Below, in pieces: positions 1 through 11,670 of a DNA stretch of 56,941 nt. The DNA comes from Solirubrobacterales bacterium (GTDB lineage: Bacteria; Actinomycetota; Thermoleophilia; Solirubrobacterales; Solirubrobacteraceae), in NCBI GenBank assembly GCA_026392385.1, contig JAPLCG010000064.1, positions 1 to 56,941 of the forward strand. The letters are read 5' to 3'. The notes under the pieces were generated by a model that saw nothing but the letters and a program-made list of their open reading frames with translations, had not been told where the DNA came from and searched no databases. Position 1 is the stretch's first letter; each line of letters starts with the position of its first letter. Both the position numbers and the translations under genes were made by a program.

Positions 1-2
1 GC

Positions 3-1739
3 CAGGCCGACAAGTACGCAGTCCCGAGGCTTGCCTACATCAACAAGATGGATCGAATCGGCGCCGACTTCACTCGTGGAGTTGAGACGATGATTGACAG
101 GCTTGGTGCCAACGCGGTGCCAATCCAGATTCCAATTGGCGCTGAAGGCGACTTCCGCGGAATCATCGACCTCGTAGCTAACGAAGCAATTCTCTACAAG
201 GACGACCTTGGTGAGGAGTTTGAGCATGGCGAAATCCCTGCCGAGCTCGCCGATCAGGCAGCTGAGGCTCGCGAAGTGATGCTTGACGAAGTTTCGAAGT
301 ACGACGATGACCTGATGGAAATGATCCTCGAAGAGGCTGACATTCCCACCGATCGCCTCAAGCTTGCCGTTCGCACGGCAACGCTTGGGCTTGGCATGAC
401 TCCGGTGCTTTGCGGTTCATCCTTCAAGAACAAGGGTGTACAGCCGCTGCTCGACGCTGTGATTGATTACCTTCCGTCGCCGCTCGACAAGCCAGCAGTA
501 GTCGGCCACGAGCCTGTCAAGGATGGCGAAGGCCCCGAGGTTGAGCGCTCCGCAGATGATTCACAGCCGTTCAGTGCGCTCGCATTCAAGATCATGACCG
601 ACCCATTTGTCGGCAAGCTGACCTACTTCCGTGTCTATTCAGGCTCGCTTGCCTCCGGATCACGGATTCTCAATGCCAACTCCGGCAAGACTGAACGCAT
701 TGGCCGTCTGCTGATGATGCACGCCAATGACCGCGAGGAGCTCGAGCAGGTTTACTCGGGCGACATCGCTGCCGGTGTTGGTATCAAGCAGGTTTCAACC
801 GGTGACACGCTCTGTGCGCCTGACAAGCCGATTCTGCTTGAGCGGATCGTCTTCCCTGAGCCGGTTATTAAGGTTGCCATTGAGCCACGCACGAAGGTTG
901 ATCAGGAGAAGATGGGTGTAGCGCTCGGCAAGCTTGCCGAGGAAGACCCAACCTTCCAGGTTCGCACCAATGAGGAGACCGGACAGACCGAGATCTCAGG
1001 AATGGGCGAGCTGCACCTTGAAGTTCTTGTTGATCGCATGCTTCGCGAGTTCAAGGTCGACGCAAATGTCGGTCGTCCGCAGGTTTCGTATCGCGAAACG
1101 GTTCGTGGTGAGGCAATCAAGGTCCAGGGCCGCTTCGTTCGTCAGACCGGTGGTTCCGGCCAATTCGCGATCATCTACATCAACCTTGAGCCTGCTCCCG
1201 GTGATGGATTCATCTTTGAGAACAAGATCAAGGGCGGCTCGGTCCCAACCGAGTACATCCCTGCCGTCCAGAAGGGCGTCGTTGAAGCGCTTGAGACCGG
1301 TGTTAAGGCGGGCTACCCGGTCGTCGATGTCAAGGTGACCCTTACCGACGGCAAGTACCACGAGACGGATTCCTCGGAGCTTGCCTTCAAGGTTGCGGGC
1401 TCGCTGGCACTCAAGGAAGCCGCCAAGCTCGCGAAGCCGGTACTGCTTGAACCAATCTTTGCTGTCGAGGTTGTCGTCCCTGAAGAGTTCATGGGTGATG
1501 TGATCGGTGACCTCAACCGTCGTCGTGGTCGCGTCCACGGCATGGAGGCCCGCGGTAATGCGCAGATCGTAAATGCATCAGTTCCGCTGTCCGAAATGTT
1601 CGGTTATGCGACTGACCTCAGGTCGGCGACGCAGGGCAGGGCAAATTACACAATGCAGTTTGAAAGTTATGAGGAGGTCCCCGGGACCATCGCCGAACAG
1701 GTCGTAGAAGCCCGTTCTGGCGGGGCAAGTACCGGGTAG
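3..1739 (+). CDS. fusA: Elongation factor G (5' end outside window)
   Basis: Frame open from base 3 ([18 protein letters not shown], NKxD motif); [17 protein letters not shown] and LRSATQGRA motifs; precedes tuf. Confidence 0.98.
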   Translation, partial: QADKYAVPRLAYINKMDRIGADFTRGVETMIDRLGANAVPIQIPIGAEGDFRGIIDLVANEAILYKDDLGEEFEHGEIPAELADQAAEAREVMLDEVSKYDDDLMEMILEEADIPTDRLKLAVRTATLGLGMTPVLCGSSFKNKGVQPLLDAVIDYLPSPLDKPAVVGHEPVKDGEGPEVERSADDSQPFSALAFKIMTDPFVGKLTYFRVYSGSLASGSRILNANSGKTERIGRLLMMHANDREELEQVYSGDIAAGVGIKQVSTGDTLCAPDKPILLERIVFPEPVIKVAIEPRTKVDQEKMGVALGKLAEEDPTFQVRTNEETGQTEISGMGELHLEVLVDRMLREFKVDANVGRPQVSYRETVRGEAIKVQGRFVRQTGGSGQFAIIYINLEPAPGDGFIFENKIKGGSVPTEYIPAVQKGVVEALETGVKAGYPVVDVKVTLTDGKYHETDSSELAFKVAGSLALKEAAKLAKPVLLEPIFAVEVVVPEEFMGDVIGDLNRRRGRVHGMEARGNAQIVNASVPLSEMFGYATDLRSATQGRANYTMQFESYEEVPGTIAEQVVEARSGGASTG

Positions 1740-1776
1740 CAGTATTGCCGGACGGCGCGCGACCCCTGTCGTTCGC

Positions 1777-1808
1777 TAGATTGCTAGAGGTTACCCATCA
1801 GGGTGACC
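1777..1808 (+). promoter_or_regulatory. Possible internal tuf promoter -10 (TAGATT) and leader hairpin GGTTACCC-ATCA-GGGTGACC
   Basis: TANNNT hexamer at 1777-1782 and 8-bp stem at 1789-1808 in the fusA-tuf spacer. Confidence 0.35.
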
Positions 1809-1836
1809 AATCTTTAGAACAAGGAGCTGAACGAAA

Positions 1837-3021
1837 GTGGCGAAGGAGAAGTTCGAACGCGGCAAGCCGCACCTCAATGTCGGAACCATCGGTCACGTCG
1901 ACCACGGCAAGACCACGCTTACCGCCGCCATCACGACTGTCCTTTCAAAGGCAAGCGGTGGCGAGGCTAAGTCCTTCGCTGAAATCGACAACGCCCCTGA
2001 AGAGAAGGAACGCGGCATTACGATCGCAACCTCTCACGTTGAGTACGAGACGGAGAACCGTCACTACGCTCACGTTGACTGTCCAGGCCACGCCGACTAT
2101 GTGAAGAACATGATCACCGGCGCTGCACAGATGGATGGCGCGATCCTCGTAGTTTCAGCTCCCGACGGAGCAATGCCACAGACCCGTGAGCACATCCTGC
2201 TCGCCCGTCAGGTTGGCGTTCCGAAGATGGTTGTTTTCCTCAACAAGGTCGACATGGTCGATGACGAGGAGCTTCTTGAGCTCGTCGAGGAAGAGCTCAA
2301 GGAAATGCTCACTGAGTACGACTTCCCAGGTGAGGAGATCCCATTTATCAAGGGCTCAGCACTTAAGGCACTTGAGGGCGACGCTGACGCTGAGGCGAAG
2401 ATCCTCGAACTGGCTGCTGCACTTGACGAGTACATCGATATCCCCAAGCGCGAGATCGACAAGCCGTTCCTTATGCCGGTTGAGGATGTTTTCTCAATCA
2501 CAGGCCGCGGAACGGTCGCAACAGGTCGCATCGAGCAGGGCAAGATCAGCACCGGTGACGAAGTTGAAATCGTCGGCATCACGCCAACGGAGAAGACCGT
2601 CATCACCGGCGTCGAGATGTTCCGCAAGATTCTTGACGACGCGCAGGCCGGCGACAACGTCGGATGCCTGTTGCGTGGAACAAAGCGTGAGGAGATTCAG
2701 CGCGGCCAGGTACTTGCCGCTCCGGGATCAATTACTCCCCACACCAAGTTCACGGCTGAGGTTTACATCCTCAAGAAGGAAGAGGGAGGCCGTCACACGC
2801 CATTCTTCTCCGGCTACCGCCCACAGTTCTACTTCCGCACGACTGACGTCACCGGCGTGGCAACATTGCCCGAGGGTGTCGAAATGGTCATGCCAGGAGA
2901 CAACATCACAATGGAGATTGAGCTGATTCAGCCAATCGCCATGGACGAGCAGCTTCGCTTCGCAATCCGCGAAGGTGGCCGCACTGTAGGTTCAGGAGTA
3001 GTAACGAAGATCACTGAGTAA
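1837..3021 (+). CDS. tuf: Elongation factor Tu
   Basis: [32 protein letters not shown] start with AAGGAG upstream. Confidence 0.99.
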   Translation: MAKEKFERGKPHLNVGTIGHVDHGKTTLTAAITTVLSKASGGEAKSFAEIDNAPEEKERGITIATSHVEYETENRHYAHVDCPGHADYVKNMITGAAQMDGAILVVSAPDGAMPQTREHILLARQVGVPKMVVFLNKVDMVDDEELLELVEEELKEMLTEYDFPGEEIPFIKGSALKALEGDADAEAKILELAAALDEYIDIPKREIDKPFLMPVEDVFSITGRGTVATGRIEQGKISTGDEVEIVGITPTEKTVITGVEMFRKILDDAQAGDNVGCLLRGTKREEIQRGQVLAAPGSITPHTKFTAEVYILKKEEGGRHTPFFSGYRPQFYFRTTDVTGVATLPEGVEMVMPGDNITMEIELIQPIAMDEQLRFAIREGGRTVGSGVVTKITE

Positions 3022-3032
3022 TTGAGACCAAA

Positions 3033-3115
3033 CGGCCCGCGCGCATCTGCGTCCGGGCCGCAGCAGTTCGCCAAAACTGGGGCGGGTTCGTCGGAGTAAT
3101 TCCGGCCCCCGCCCC
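3033..3115 (+). promoter_or_regulatory. Two GC-rich hairpins between tuf and rpsJ (terminator or leader structure)
   Basis: CGGCCC...GGGCCG (3033-3060) and GGGGCGGG...CCCGCCCC (3079-3115); no U-tract. Confidence 0.4.
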
Positions 3116-3165
3116 GCGGCGCGCTGTTTACAGGCTCACTAATACAAACGGAATAGACAGAAAAA

Positions 3166-3489
3166 ATGGCCACAGCGACACAAAACAAAATCCGCATTCG
3201 ACTCAAGTCCTATGACCATGGGACGATCGAAACTGCTGCACGCGAGATCGTGGAAACCGCTGAGCGCACCGGTGCTTCAGTCACTGGACCGGTGCCATTG
3301 CCAACTGAGAAGAACGTCTACTGCGTGATCAAGTCCCCGTTCAAGGACAAGGATTCGCGCGAGCACTTTGAAATCCGCACCCACAAGCGTCTAATCGACA
3401 TCCGTCAGAGCACGCCAAAGACTGTTGATTCGCTCCAGCGTCTCGACCTCCCGGCCGGCGTTGACATTGAGATCAGGTTGGCTGACTGA
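3166..3489 (+). CDS. rpsJ: 30S ribosomal protein S10
   Basis: [34 protein letters not shown]. Confidence 0.98.
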   Translation: MATATQNKIRIRLKSYDHGTIETAAREIVETAERTGASVTGPVPLPTEKNVYCVIKSPFKDKDSREHFEIRTHKRLIDIRQSTPKTVDSLQRLDLPAGVDIEIRLAD

Positions 3490-3491
3490 CG

Positions 3492-4109
3492 ATGACCGCA
3501 ATTCTCGCCCGCAAACTTGGCATGACCCAGCGCTTCCTTGAAGATGGACGCGTTGAACGCGTAACCGTCCTCGAGGCTGGTCCCTGCCCGGTTACGGCTC
3601 TGCGGACCGAGGAAAACGACGGCTACGTGGCAGTTCAACTTGCCTTTGACGAGTGCCGCGAGAAGGTCATCAGCAAGCCTGAGATCGGACACCTTAAGAA
3701 GGCTGGCGTCGGAGCACACCGGACAGTCACTGAGTTCCGCGGCGAGAGCGGCGAGCTGCAGGTTGGCGACACCGTTACCGCTGAAGCATTTGAGCCCGGA
3801 GCCAAAATCAAGGTCTCGGGGATCTCTAAGGGCAAGGGTTTTGCCGGAACAATTAAGCGTCACAACTTCGCAAGTGGACCAAAGAGCCACGGCTCGCACA
3901 ACGTCAGGGCACCGGGATCCGTTGGTGCATCAGCAACTCCCGCCCGGACAATGAAGGGCATTCGCGGACCGGGGCAGATGGGCTCCAAGCGAGTAACTCA
4001 GAAGGGGCTGACGGTGGTCGAGGTAATCGCTGCCGACAACCTGCTGCTTGTTCGCGGCTCAGTACCAGGGCCACGCGGCTCGACCGTTGAGGTGCGTACC
4101 GATGCCTGA
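3492..4109 (+). CDS. rplC: 50S ribosomal protein L3
   Basis: KLGMTQ, SKGKGFAGTIKRHNF, GPKSHGS; operon position. Confidence 0.98.
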   Translation: MTAILARKLGMTQRFLEDGRVERVTVLEAGPCPVTALRTEENDGYVAVQLAFDECREKVISKPEIGHLKKAGVGAHRTVTEFRGESGELQVGDTVTAEAFEPGAKIKVSGISKGKGFAGTIKRHNFASGPKSHGSHNVRAPGSVGASATPARTMKGIRGPGQMGSKRVTQKGLTVVEVIAADNLLLVRGSVPGPRGSTVEVRTDA

Positions 4110-4743
4110 CGCAATTCGCCTCGGTGGCGGTGCTGCCGTAAAACTTGACCCTGAAGCCTTTGACCAGCGCTTCAACATGCCACTCGTTCACGAGACTGTT
4201 CTCGCAGAGCTTGCTGCGCTCCGTCAAGGAACGCACGCAACTAAGACGCGCGGAATGGTCTCCGGTGGTGGCGCCAAGCCATGGCGCCAGAAGGGCACCG
4301 GACGGGCTCGCGCAGGTTCTAGCCGTTCGCCGATCTGGAAGGGCGGAGGTACCGTCTTTGGTCCTCAACCCCATCACTACACGGTGAAGGTCAACCGCAA
4401 GGCTCGGCGTGCCGCGCTTCGGTCAGCACTTTCAGTCCACGGTCAGCGTGGCTCAGTAGCATTGCTGGACGGCAGCAGCTGGAGCGAACCCGCTACCAAG
4501 CGCGCCGCAGCAGAGCTTGCTGCCTGGGATGTAAAGGGGCCGTACCTGCTGCTCGTTGGCGTCGAAGAGACCAACGCAGCGCTCTCATTCCGCAATCTTC
4601 AGTCGGTAGTCGTCAAGTCGGTCGGTACCGCAGGCGTCGCTGACATCATGCGCGCAGGCGGACTTATCGTCTCCGACGCAGCACTTGAGCTGCTCTCTGA
4701 GCGCGCTACTCGTCCCGTACGGTCCGAAGCGGTGGCTGCCTAA
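4102..4743 (+). CDS. rplD: 50S ribosomal protein L4 (start moved to ATG 4102)
   Basis: [36 protein letters not shown] overlaps the rplC end. Confidence 0.97.
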   Translation: MPDAIRLGGGAAVKLDPEAFDQRFNMPLVHETVLAELAALRQGTHATKTRGMVSGGGAKPWRQKGTGRARAGSSRSPIWKGGGTVFGPQPHHYTVKVNRKARRAALRSALSVHGQRGSVALLDGSSWSEPATKRAAAELAAWDVKGPYLLLVGVEETNAALSFRNLQSVVVKSVGTAGVADIMRAGGLIVSDAALELLSERATRPVRSEAVAA

Positions 4744-5036
4744 TGGACGCAACGCAAATCATTCTTCGCCCGGTTGTCTCAGAGAAGAGCTTTGTGCTCG
4801 CTGAAACAGGCCGCTACACATTCCGAGTGCACCCCGATGCTCACAAGACTGAGATCCGCCAGGCAATCAAGACTCTCTTTGAGGTTGATGTTGTCTCGGT
4901 TCACACGGCGAATGTCCGTGGCAAGCCGAAGCGTCGCGGTCTCTACTCAGGCAACCGTCGTTCATGGAAGAAGGCAATCGTTCAGGTTGGCCCCGGTCAG
5001 AAGATCCCGATCTTCCAAGCATTGGAGACTTCCTGA
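4743..5036 (+). CDS. rplW: 50S ribosomal protein L23
   Basis: [24 protein letters not shown] coupling. Confidence 0.97.
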   Translation: MDATQIILRPVVSEKSFVLAETGRYTFRVHPDAHKTEIRQAIKTLFEVDVVSVHTANVRGKPKRRGLYSGNRRSWKKAIVQVGPGQKIPIFQALETS

Positions 5037-5875
5037 TGGCGGTACGTAAGCCGAAGCCAACCAGCCCCGGAATGCGGTTCGTCAGCTACCCCGATTTCGC
5101 TGAAGTCACCCGCTCCGAGCCTGAAAAGTCACTCGTTGAGGGACTTAAGAAGTCCGGTGGCCGCAATGCCAACGGTCGCAAGACTGCACGCCATCGTGGC
5201 GGAGGAGCCAAGCGGCTCTATCGCAAGATCGACTTCAAGCGTCGCAAGGATGGTGTGCCGGCTCGTGTTGCGCACATTGAGTACGACCCGAATCGCTCTG
5301 CTTACATCGCACTTCTTCACTACGCAGATGGTGAGAAGCGCTACATCCTCGCCCCACAGGGTCTCAAGGTCGACGCAACTGTTTCATCCGGTCCTGGCTC
5401 GGAGATCGCAGCTGGCAACTCGCTCGCACTTGCCGACATGCCCACAGGTACCGTCATCCACAATGTTGAGCTTCAGCCGGGACGCGGCGGCCAGATGGCC
5501 CGTTCGGCCGGGGCATCGGTTCAGTTGCTCGCCAAGGACAACGGCATGATCACTCTCCGTCTGCCCTCAGGCGAAATGCGTCTCGTACGCGAAGAGTGCC
5601 GCGCGACAGTCGGCTCGATCGGGAACAGCGAGCATCAGAACGTCACAATTGGCAAGGCTGGCCGCAAGCGTCACATGGGCGTTCGCCCACAGACCCGCGG
5701 TGTAGCAATGAACCCAGTTGACCACCCGCACGGTGGTGGAGAAGGTTCAACAACTGCAGGCCGTCACCCGGTAACTCCATGGGGCGTGCCGACGCTCGGG
5801 TATAGAACCCGCGCGAAGAACAAGCAGTCCGACCGTTACATCGTCAGAGGCCGCAAGCGCGGCAAGAAGCGTTAG
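5036..5875 (+). CDS. rplB: 50S ribosomal protein L2 (start ATG 5036)
   Basis: [31 protein letters not shown] coupling. Confidence 0.98.
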   Translation: MAVRKPKPTSPGMRFVSYPDFAEVTRSEPEKSLVEGLKKSGGRNANGRKTARHRGGGAKRLYRKIDFKRRKDGVPARVAHIEYDPNRSAYIALLHYADGEKRYILAPQGLKVDATVSSGPGSEIAAGNSLALADMPTGTVIHNVELQPGRGGQMARSAGASVQLLAKDNGMITLRLPSGEMRLVREECRATVGSIGNSEHQNVTIGKAGRKRHMGVRPQTRGVAMNPVDHPHGGGEGSTTAGRHPVTPWGVPTLGYRTRAKNKQSDRYIVRGRKRGKKR

Positions 5876-5886
5876 GTGATCAGCAG

Positions 5887-6159
5887 ATGAGTAGATCCAG
5901 CAAAAAGGGACCTTACGTAGACGAGCGCCTGATGGCGCGAGTTGAAGCGATGAACGCAGCCGGCGATAAGCGGATGCTGAAGACCTGGTCGCGTACCTCA
6001 ACAATCTTCCCGGAAATGGTCGGTCATACGATCGCCGTTCACGATGGACGCAAGCATGTTCCTGTGTTCGTCAGCGAATCAATGGTTGGTCACAAACTCG
6101 GTGAGTTTGCCCCGACTCGTACCTTCCGCGGTCACGTCGATTCAGCAAGGCAGCGCTAG
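5887..6159 (+). CDS. rpsS: 30S ribosomal protein S19
   Basis: [18 protein letters not shown]. Confidence 0.98.
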   Translation: MSRSSKKGPYVDERLMARVEAMNAAGDKRMLKTWSRTSTIFPEMVGHTIAVHDGRKHVPVFVSESMVGHKLGEFAPTRTFRGHVDSARQR

Positions 6160-6163
6160 ATAA

Positions 6164-6553
6164 ATGGCTGACACCGAAACAACTGAAACAGCAGCACCAG
6201 AGGTGGCTAACGCACCTGTAATCGTCCGCGCCCGCGCCCGTTATGTGCGCAGCTCGGCCCGCAAGGCGCGTCTCGTCTGCGATCACATTCGCGGCAAGTC
6301 GGTCCCGGAGGCCCGTGCGCTGCTGCTCCACTCTCCACGCGACGTTTCGGTTGCTTGGAGCAAGCTTCTTGAATCAGCAGTAGCTAATGCTGAGCACAAC
6401 AATGGTCTCGTTGGTGAAGACCTCGTAATCGTTTCGGTATTCGCCGATGAGGGACCGACTCTCAAGCGTTTCCGGCCGCGCGCAATGGGGCGAGCAACAA
6501 AGATCCTCAAGCGCACCAGCCATCTTTCGATCAGCTTGGGAACAGGGGAGTAA
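6164..6553 (+). CDS. rplV: 50S ribosomal protein L22
   Basis: [32 protein letters not shown]. Confidence 0.97.
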   Translation: MADTETTETAAPEVANAPVIVRARARYVRSSARKARLVCDHIRGKSVPEARALLLHSPRDVSVAWSKLLESAVANAEHNNGLVGEDLVIVSVFADEGPTLKRFRPRAMGRATKILKRTSHLSISLGTGE

Positions 6554-6555
6554 CC

Positions 6556-7395
6556 GTGGGACAGAAAGTTCATCCAGAGGCAATGCGGGTCGGCTACATC
6601 CATGATTGGAAGGCGACCTGGTTCAACGAGAAGAACTTTGCCGACTATCTGGCTGAGGACAACGAAATCCGTGAGCACATCACGAAGCGCCTTGCCCATG
6701 CTGGCCTCTCCAAGATCACAATCAAGAAGACTCCAACGCAGGTAGAAGTAAATATTTCGACCGCCCGTCCAGGGATTGTGATTGGTAAGTCCGGTACGGA
6801 GGTTGACGCGCTCCGTCGCGACCTTCATGACCTGACAAACAAGCAAGTCAAGGTCAACATCCTTGAGATCAAGCGCCCAGAGCTCGACGCAAATCTTGTC
6901 GCTCAGTCTGTCGCTGAGCAGCTTCAGAACCGTGTGGCGTTCCGTCGCGCGATGAAGCGGGCGATTACCTCTGCAATGCGATCCGGCGCCAAGGGCATAA
7001 AGATCCAGGTCTCAGGCCGCCTTGGCGGTGCTGAAATGGGTCGCACTGAGTCTTATTCCGATGGTCGGGTGCCGCTCCACACGCTGCGAGCAGACATTGA
7101 CTACGGAGCCTACGAGGCGCGCACAACATTCGGCCGCATCGGCGTCAAGGTATGGGTAAACAAGGGCGAAATCATGCCTGAGGGTTACAGCGGCAGCGAC
7201 CTTACGATCATGGATGACTCACCACCGCCACCACCACCACCGGATAGTCGTGGACGGCGTGACCGTCGCAGCGGCGGCGGCGGACAGGGCGGCGGCGGAC
7301 GTGGCGGTCAAGGTGGTCAGGGCGGCGGCTTCGGCGGCGGTCGTGGCGGTCAAGGTGGCGGCGGTCGTGGCGGCCAGCAGGGTGGTGGACGCTAG
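6556..7395 (+). CDS. rpsC: 30S ribosomal protein S3 with Pro/Gly/Arg-rich C-terminal tail
   Basis: [29 protein letters not shown]. Confidence 0.98.
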   Translation: MGQKVHPEAMRVGYIHDWKATWFNEKNFADYLAEDNEIREHITKRLAHAGLSKITIKKTPTQVEVNISTARPGIVIGKSGTEVDALRRDLHDLTNKQVKVNILEIKRPELDANLVAQSVAEQLQNRVAFRRAMKRAITSAMRSGAKGIKIQVSGRLGGAEMGRTESYSDGRVPLHTLRADIDYGAYEARTTFGRIGVKVWVNKGEIMPEGYSGSDLTIMDDSPPPPPPPDSRGRRDRRSGGGGQGGGGRGGQGGQGGGFGGGRGGQGGGGRGGQQGGGR

Positions 7396-7809
7396 ATGCT
7401 CTCTCCAAAGCGAGTTAAGTTCCGCAAGGTTCACCGTGGTCGTCGTGCAGGTCTTTCGCGCGGCCAGGTCAGCGTTCAGTTCGGTGAGTACGGCCTCAAA
7501 GCTCTCGATGCCGGCTGGCTTACCAACCGACAGATTGAAGCTGCCCGTATTGCTATGACCCGTAAGATCAAGCGAGGCGGCAAGGTTTGGATCAATGTCT
7601 TCCCAGACAAGCCGTACACAAAGAAGCCTGCTGAAACGCGAATGGGTTCAGGTAAGGGCTCGCCCGAGGGTTGGGTAGCCGTTGTTAAGCCAGGACGCGT
7701 AATGTTTGAGCTCGCTGGTGTGCCGGAACCACTTGCTCGCGAGGCGCTTCGCCTTGCCGGTCACAAGCTTCCGATTCGTACAAAATTCGTAGAGCGTGAG
7801 GATTCGTAG
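7396..7809 (+). CDS. rplP: 50S ribosomal protein L16
   Basis: [21 protein letters not shown]. Confidence 0.98.
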   Translation: MLSPKRVKFRKVHRGRRAGLSRGQVSVQFGEYGLKALDAGWLTNRQIEAARIAMTRKIKRGGKVWINVFPDKPYTKKPAETRMGSGKGSPEGWVAVVKPGRVMFELAGVPEPLAREALRLAGHKLPIRTKFVEREDS

Positions 7810-7811
7810 CG

Positions 7812-8030
7812 ATGACAAACAAAGCATCTGATCTCCGCGAGATGGAGCCTGACCACCTGATCGAGGTTGCCCTCAAGGCACGCCGCGACCTGTTCGATAT
7901 GCGATTCAGGAACGCAACCGGCGAGCTTGAGAACACCGCTGGAATTTCTGCCGCGCGGCGTCACGTTGCGCGCACAATCACGATCTGCCGCGAACGCGGC
8001 CTGACAATTTCTGAGGAGCCAAGCAGTTGA
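7812..8030 (+). CDS. rpmC: 50S ribosomal protein L29
   Basis: LFDMRF..ATGELEN, RRHVAR; position between rplP and rpsQ. Confidence 0.93.
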   Translation: MTNKASDLREMEPDHLIEVALKARRDLFDMRFRNATGELENTAGISAARRHVARTITICRERGLTISEEPSS

Positions 8031-8731
8031 GCGACGAAACTGAAAACGAGGAGACGACTCCCGTGGAGGAAACTCCTGTCGAGGCGACTCCTGAAGCTGA
8101 TGCTCCTGCCGCTGAAGAGCCTGAAGCTGATGCTCCTGCCGCTGAAGAGCCTGAAGCTGAGGCCCCTGCGGCCGAAGAGCCTGAGGCTGATGCTGCGCCT
8201 GCAGATGAACCGGCGGAAGACAAGCCGGCTGCTGCCGCACCAGCTGATGAGCCTGAAGAGGAAGGCGAGAAGCTGCCCTTCAAGGCTGGGCTGCGCCTTG
8301 AGCGCTCACGTCAGCCTGTTGAGGCCAAGCCACAGCAGACGACCGAGGAACGCACCGCTGCGCGCGCCAAGCTTCGTGCCGAGAAGGCTGCTGCCCGTCG
8401 TCGCTGGCGTGGCAAGCAGAAGGCCAAGCGTGCTGCCAATCCAACCGCTGCCAAGGCTGCAACCGAGCCAAAGGCTCAATCGGCTGGGGCACAGAAGTTC
8501 CGCCAGGGAATTGTCGTTTCCGACAAGGGCGAAAAGACGATCACGATCCGCGTTGATGTCGCACGACGTCACCCGCGTTACGAGAAGATCGTCCGCAGTT
8601 CCTCAACACTTCGCGTTCACGATGAGAGCAACGACGCTCACCTCGGCGACACCGTCAAGGTGATCGAGTGTCGGCCAATGTCGCGCTCAAAGCGCTGGCG
8701 TCTAGCTGAAGTTCTGGAGCGTGCCAAGTGA
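8027..8731 (+). CDS. rpsQ: 30S ribosomal protein S17 with ~155-aa N-terminal extension
   Basis: Core [29 protein letters not shown] from ~8492; TTG start overlaps rpmC stop, GAGGAG upstream. Confidence 0.93.
   Translation: MSDETENEETTPVEETPVEATPEADAPAAEEPEADAPAAEEPEAEAPAAEEPEADAAPADEPAEDKPAAAAPADEPEEEGEKLPFKAGLRLERSRQPVEAKPQQTTEERTAARAKLRAEKAAARRRWRGKQKAKRAANPTAAKAATEPKAQSAGAQKFRQGIVVSDKGEKTITIRVDVARRHPRYEKIVRSSSTLRVHDESNDAHLGDTVKVIECRPMSRSKRWRLAEVLERAK
8090..8209 (+). repeat. About four tandem 30-nt repeats encoding [10 protein letters not shown] in rpsQ
   Basis: CCTGAAGCTGATGCTCCTGCCGCTGAAGAG twice exactly, then two degenerate copies. Confidence 0.9.
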
Positions 8732-9096
8732 TCCAGACCGAGTCACGACTCAGAGTTGCTGATAACAGCGGCGCAAGGGAGATCCTCTGCATCCGTGTGC
8801 GCGGTGGATCCCACCAGCGCTATGCGCGGGTTGGCGATGTAATCGTGGCCACCGTCAAGCAGGCTGTTCCGCAGGGAACGGTCAAGAAGGGTGAAGTCGT
8901 TACAGCAGTTGTCGTCCGCACCCGTAAGCCATTTGGCCGCGATGACGGAACATCAATTGGCTTTGACGAAAACGCTGCTGTGATCATTGACGATCAGAAC
9001 AACCCCCGCGGAACCCGTATTTTCGGACCGGTTGCCCGCGAGCTACGCGATCGCAACTTCATGAAGATCGTCTCGCTTGCTCCGGAGGTTCTCTAA
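8728..9096 (+). CDS. rplN: 50S ribosomal protein L14
   Basis: [33 protein letters not shown]. Confidence 0.98.
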   Translation: MIQTESRLRVADNSGAREILCIRVRGGSHQRYARVGDVIVATVKQAVPQGTVKKGEVVTAVVVRTRKPFGRDDGTSIGFDENAAVIIDDQNNPRGTRIFGPVARELRDRNFMKIVSLAPEVL

Positions 9097-9431
9097 TGGG
9101 TGCAATGAAGATCCGTAAGGGCGACACCGTCCAGGTTGTTTCCGGCAAGGACCGCGGCAAGAGCGGCACGGTGCTCCGTGTTGACGCCGCTAAGTCACGC
9201 GTTTATGTCGAAGGTCTCGGCATCATCAAGCGTCACATCCGCCCTTCTCCGGTTCCAGGTGCCTCGGCTGAACAGACTGCTGGCGGCGTAATTGCCTCAG
9301 AAGGCCCAATCCATGTATCCAACGTTTCCCTGATTGATCCCAAGGACGGAAAGCCGACCCGTGTCGGCATTGTCCGTGAGGATGGCCGCAGGATCAGGGT
9401 TGCCAAGCGCAGTGGCGAGAGGCTTGACTGA
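9096..9431 (+). CDS. rplX: 50S ribosomal protein L24
   Basis: [18 protein letters not shown] (KOW motif), EGPIHVSNV. Confidence 0.97.
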   Translation: MGAMKIRKGDTVQVVSGKDRGKSGTVLRVDAAKSRVYVEGLGIIKRHIRPSPVPGASAEQTAGGVIASEGPIHVSNVSLIDPKDGKPTRVGIVREDGRRIRVAKRSGERLD

Positions 9432-9432
9432 A

Positions 9433-10152
9433 ATGGCCGCACGACTTAAAGAGCGTTACGAGAAGGAAATCCGTCCAAGCCTGATCAAGGAGTTCGGCTA
9501 CAGCTCACCGATGCAGGCTCCGAAGATCGAGAAGATCGTTGTCAACATGGGCGTTGGCGAGGCAAAGACCGACTCGAAGGCGCTTGAGGCTGCCTCTGAG
9601 CAGCTCGCAACGATTACCGGTCAGCACCCAAATGTTCGTCGCTCGAAGAAGTCGATCGCTCAGTTCAAGCTTCGTGAGGGAATGGCAGTCGGAATCGCAG
9701 TTACGCTTCGTGGAGACCGACTTTACGAGTTCCTCGACCGGCTGATGTCGGTTGCGATCCCTCGGATCCGCGACTTCCGCGGTCTCACTCCGAAGTCATT
9801 CGACGGCCGCGGTAACTACGCACTCGGCATTCGTGAACAGATTATCTTCCCCGAAATTGACTACGACACAGTCGACGCAGTTCGTGGGTTGGATATCGTC
9901 GTAGCGACTTCGGCAAAGACCGACGAGGAAGCACTGGCGCTTCTTAAGGCTTTCGGTATGCCGTTCGCCAAGCCGGCGAAGAAGACTGAAGCTCCAAAGC
10001 CTGCTCCAGTTGTTGAGTCGGCAGAGGAGTCGGAGCCTGACGCAGCAGAGTCAGCTGAAGCTCCAGCTGCAGAGGCCGAGGCCGCAGCTGAGCCTGAAGC
10101 AGAATCAACCGAACAGACCGAAACCGACGCAACCGAGAAGACTGAGGAGTAA
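9433..10152 (+). CDS. rplE: 50S ribosomal protein L5 (start ATG 9433) with acidic C-terminal tail
   Basis: [32 protein letters not shown]. Confidence 0.97.
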   Translation: MAARLKERYEKEIRPSLIKEFGYSSPMQAPKIEKIVVNMGVGEAKTDSKALEAASEQLATITGQHPNVRRSKKSIAQFKLREGMAVGIAVTLRGDRLYEFLDRLMSVAIPRIRDFRGLTPKSFDGRGNYALGIREQIIFPEIDYDTVDAVRGLDIVVATSAKTDEEALALLKAFGMPFAKPAKKTEAPKPAPVVESAEESEPDAAESAEAPAAEAEAAAEPEAESTEQTETDATEKTEE

Positions 10153-10160
10153 CAGAGAGC

Positions 10161-10346
10161 ATGGCCAAGACTTCCCAGCGGGTTCGCCAACAGCGCCCCG
10201 CAAAGTACAAGACACGTGAGTACTCGCGCTGCCGCCGCTGCGGTCGCCCGCGCTCGGTGTATCGCAAGTTCGGTATCTGCCGTATCTGCCTGCGCGAGCT
10301 CGCACACAACGGTTACATCCCCGGCATGACCAAGTCGAGCTGGTAG
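10161..10346 (+). CDS. rpsZ: 30S ribosomal protein S14, short zinc-binding type
   Basis: 61 aa; CRRCGR...[12 protein letters not shown]. Confidence 0.97.
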   Translation: MAKTSQRVRQQRPAKYKTREYSRCRRCGRPRSVYRKFGICRICLRELAHNGYIPGMTKSSW

Positions 10347-10356
10347 GAGAAGACGA

Positions 10357-10764
10357 ATGTCAATGACCGATCCAATTGCCGACCTGCTTACGCGAGTGCG
10401 TAATGCCGCTCGTGCCCAGCACCAGGATGTTCTCGTACCCAACTCGCAGTTCAAGACTGAGGTGGCGAGGATTCTCAGTGAGCAGGGCTACATCGAGAGC
10501 TACACAACCGAGGCCGCTCCTGATGGCGAGCCCGGCGAACGACTTCGTATCGTGTTGCGCTACACCGATCAGCGTGAGCCAGTCATCACTGGGATTCGTC
10601 GCGTATCGCGCCCAGGCCGTCGCAGCTACGTTGATAGCGATCACATCCCCAAGGTCGAGGGTGGCCTTGGAACAGCAATCATTTCGACCTCTCGTGGGGT
10701 CATGACCGGGCACGATGCCCGCCGCGCAGGTGTCGGTGGCGAAGTCGTGGCGCACGTCTGGTAA
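10357..10764 (+). CDS. rpsH: 30S ribosomal protein S8
   Basis: MTDPIADLLTRVRNA, SRPGRR, STSRGVMT, GVGGEV. Confidence 0.98.
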   Translation: MSMTDPIADLLTRVRNAARAQHQDVLVPNSQFKTEVARILSEQGYIESYTTEAAPDGEPGERLRIVLRYTDQREPVITGIRRVSRPGRRSYVDSDHIPKVEGGLGTAIISTSRGVMTGHDARRAGVGGEVVAHVW

Positions 10765-10767
10765 CTG

Positions 10768-11301
10768 ATGTCAAGAATCGGAAGACAGCCAATCGAGATC
10801 CCATCTGGGGTTGAGGTAGACATCAAGCCTGAGCGGGTTACCGTCAAGGGCCCTAAGGGCGAGCTCAGCGAGCGCGTTCACCGCGACATTGATGTTGTCG
10901 AAGAGGGCTCAACGATCGTCGTTACGCGTCCGACTGACCGCGGCCAGCACAAGGCGCTTCACGGATTGACTCGCACACTCGTCGCGAACATGGTCATCGG
11001 TGTAACCGACGGTTTCGAGAAGAAGCTTGAGATCCAGGGTGTTGGTTATCGAGCCGCGCTCAAGGGCAAGAACCTTGAACTTGCGCTCGGCTATTCGCAC
11101 CCAGTTTCAGTTGGTGCCCCGGAGGGCATTGACTTTGAGGTACCGCAGCCAACGAGCATCATTATCCGCGGAGCAAGCAAGCAGGCGGTCGGTCAGATCG
11201 CTGCTGTTATCCGAAAGAAGCGTCCGCCAGAGCCCTACAAGGGCAAGGGCATTCGCTACGAAGGCGAACATGTCGTTCGCAAGGTTGGTAAGCGAGCATG
11301 A
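10768..11301 (+). CDS. rplF: 50S ribosomal protein L6
   Basis: [23 protein letters not shown]. Confidence 0.98.
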   Translation: MSRIGRQPIEIPSGVEVDIKPERVTVKGPKGELSERVHRDIDVVEEGSTIVVTRPTDRGQHKALHGLTRTLVANMVIGVTDGFEKKLEIQGVGYRAALKGKNLELALGYSHPVSVGAPEGIDFEVPQPTSIIIRGASKQAVGQIAAVIRKKRPPEPYKGKGIRYEGEHVVRKVGKRA

Positions 11302-11651
11302 GTGCTGTTGCAAAGCAGGCAGGACGACTTCGTCGCCGTCGTCGCGTTCGTGCGAAGGTGCACGGAACCGCCGAACGTCCACGGATCAGCGTTTTCCGCT
11401 CAAATCGTGGCATTAACGCTCAGCTGATTGATGATGACAGCGGCCATACAATCTGCGCTGTCAATTGGACTGAGGCTGAACTTCGTGACCTCAAGCCGCT
11501 TGAACAGGCTGACAAGGTCGGCAAGCTGCTGGCTGACCGGGCAACCAAGTCCGGCGTAACCTCTGCCGTGTTTGATCGCGGTGGCCACCTCTACCACGGC
11601 CGGGTAAAAGCCCTTGCCGAAGGAGCTCGTGAGGGCGGGCTCAGCTTCTGA
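11298..11651 (+). CDS. rplR: 50S ribosomal protein L18
   Basis: [34 protein letters not shown]. Confidence 0.97.
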   Translation: MSAVAKQAGRLRRRRRVRAKVHGTAERPRISVFRSNRGINAQLIDDDSGHTICAVNWTEAELRDLKPLEQADKVGKLLADRATKSGVTSAVFDRGGHLYHGRVKALAEGAREGGLSF

Positions 11652-11670
11652 ACGCTACCCTCGGCATCCC

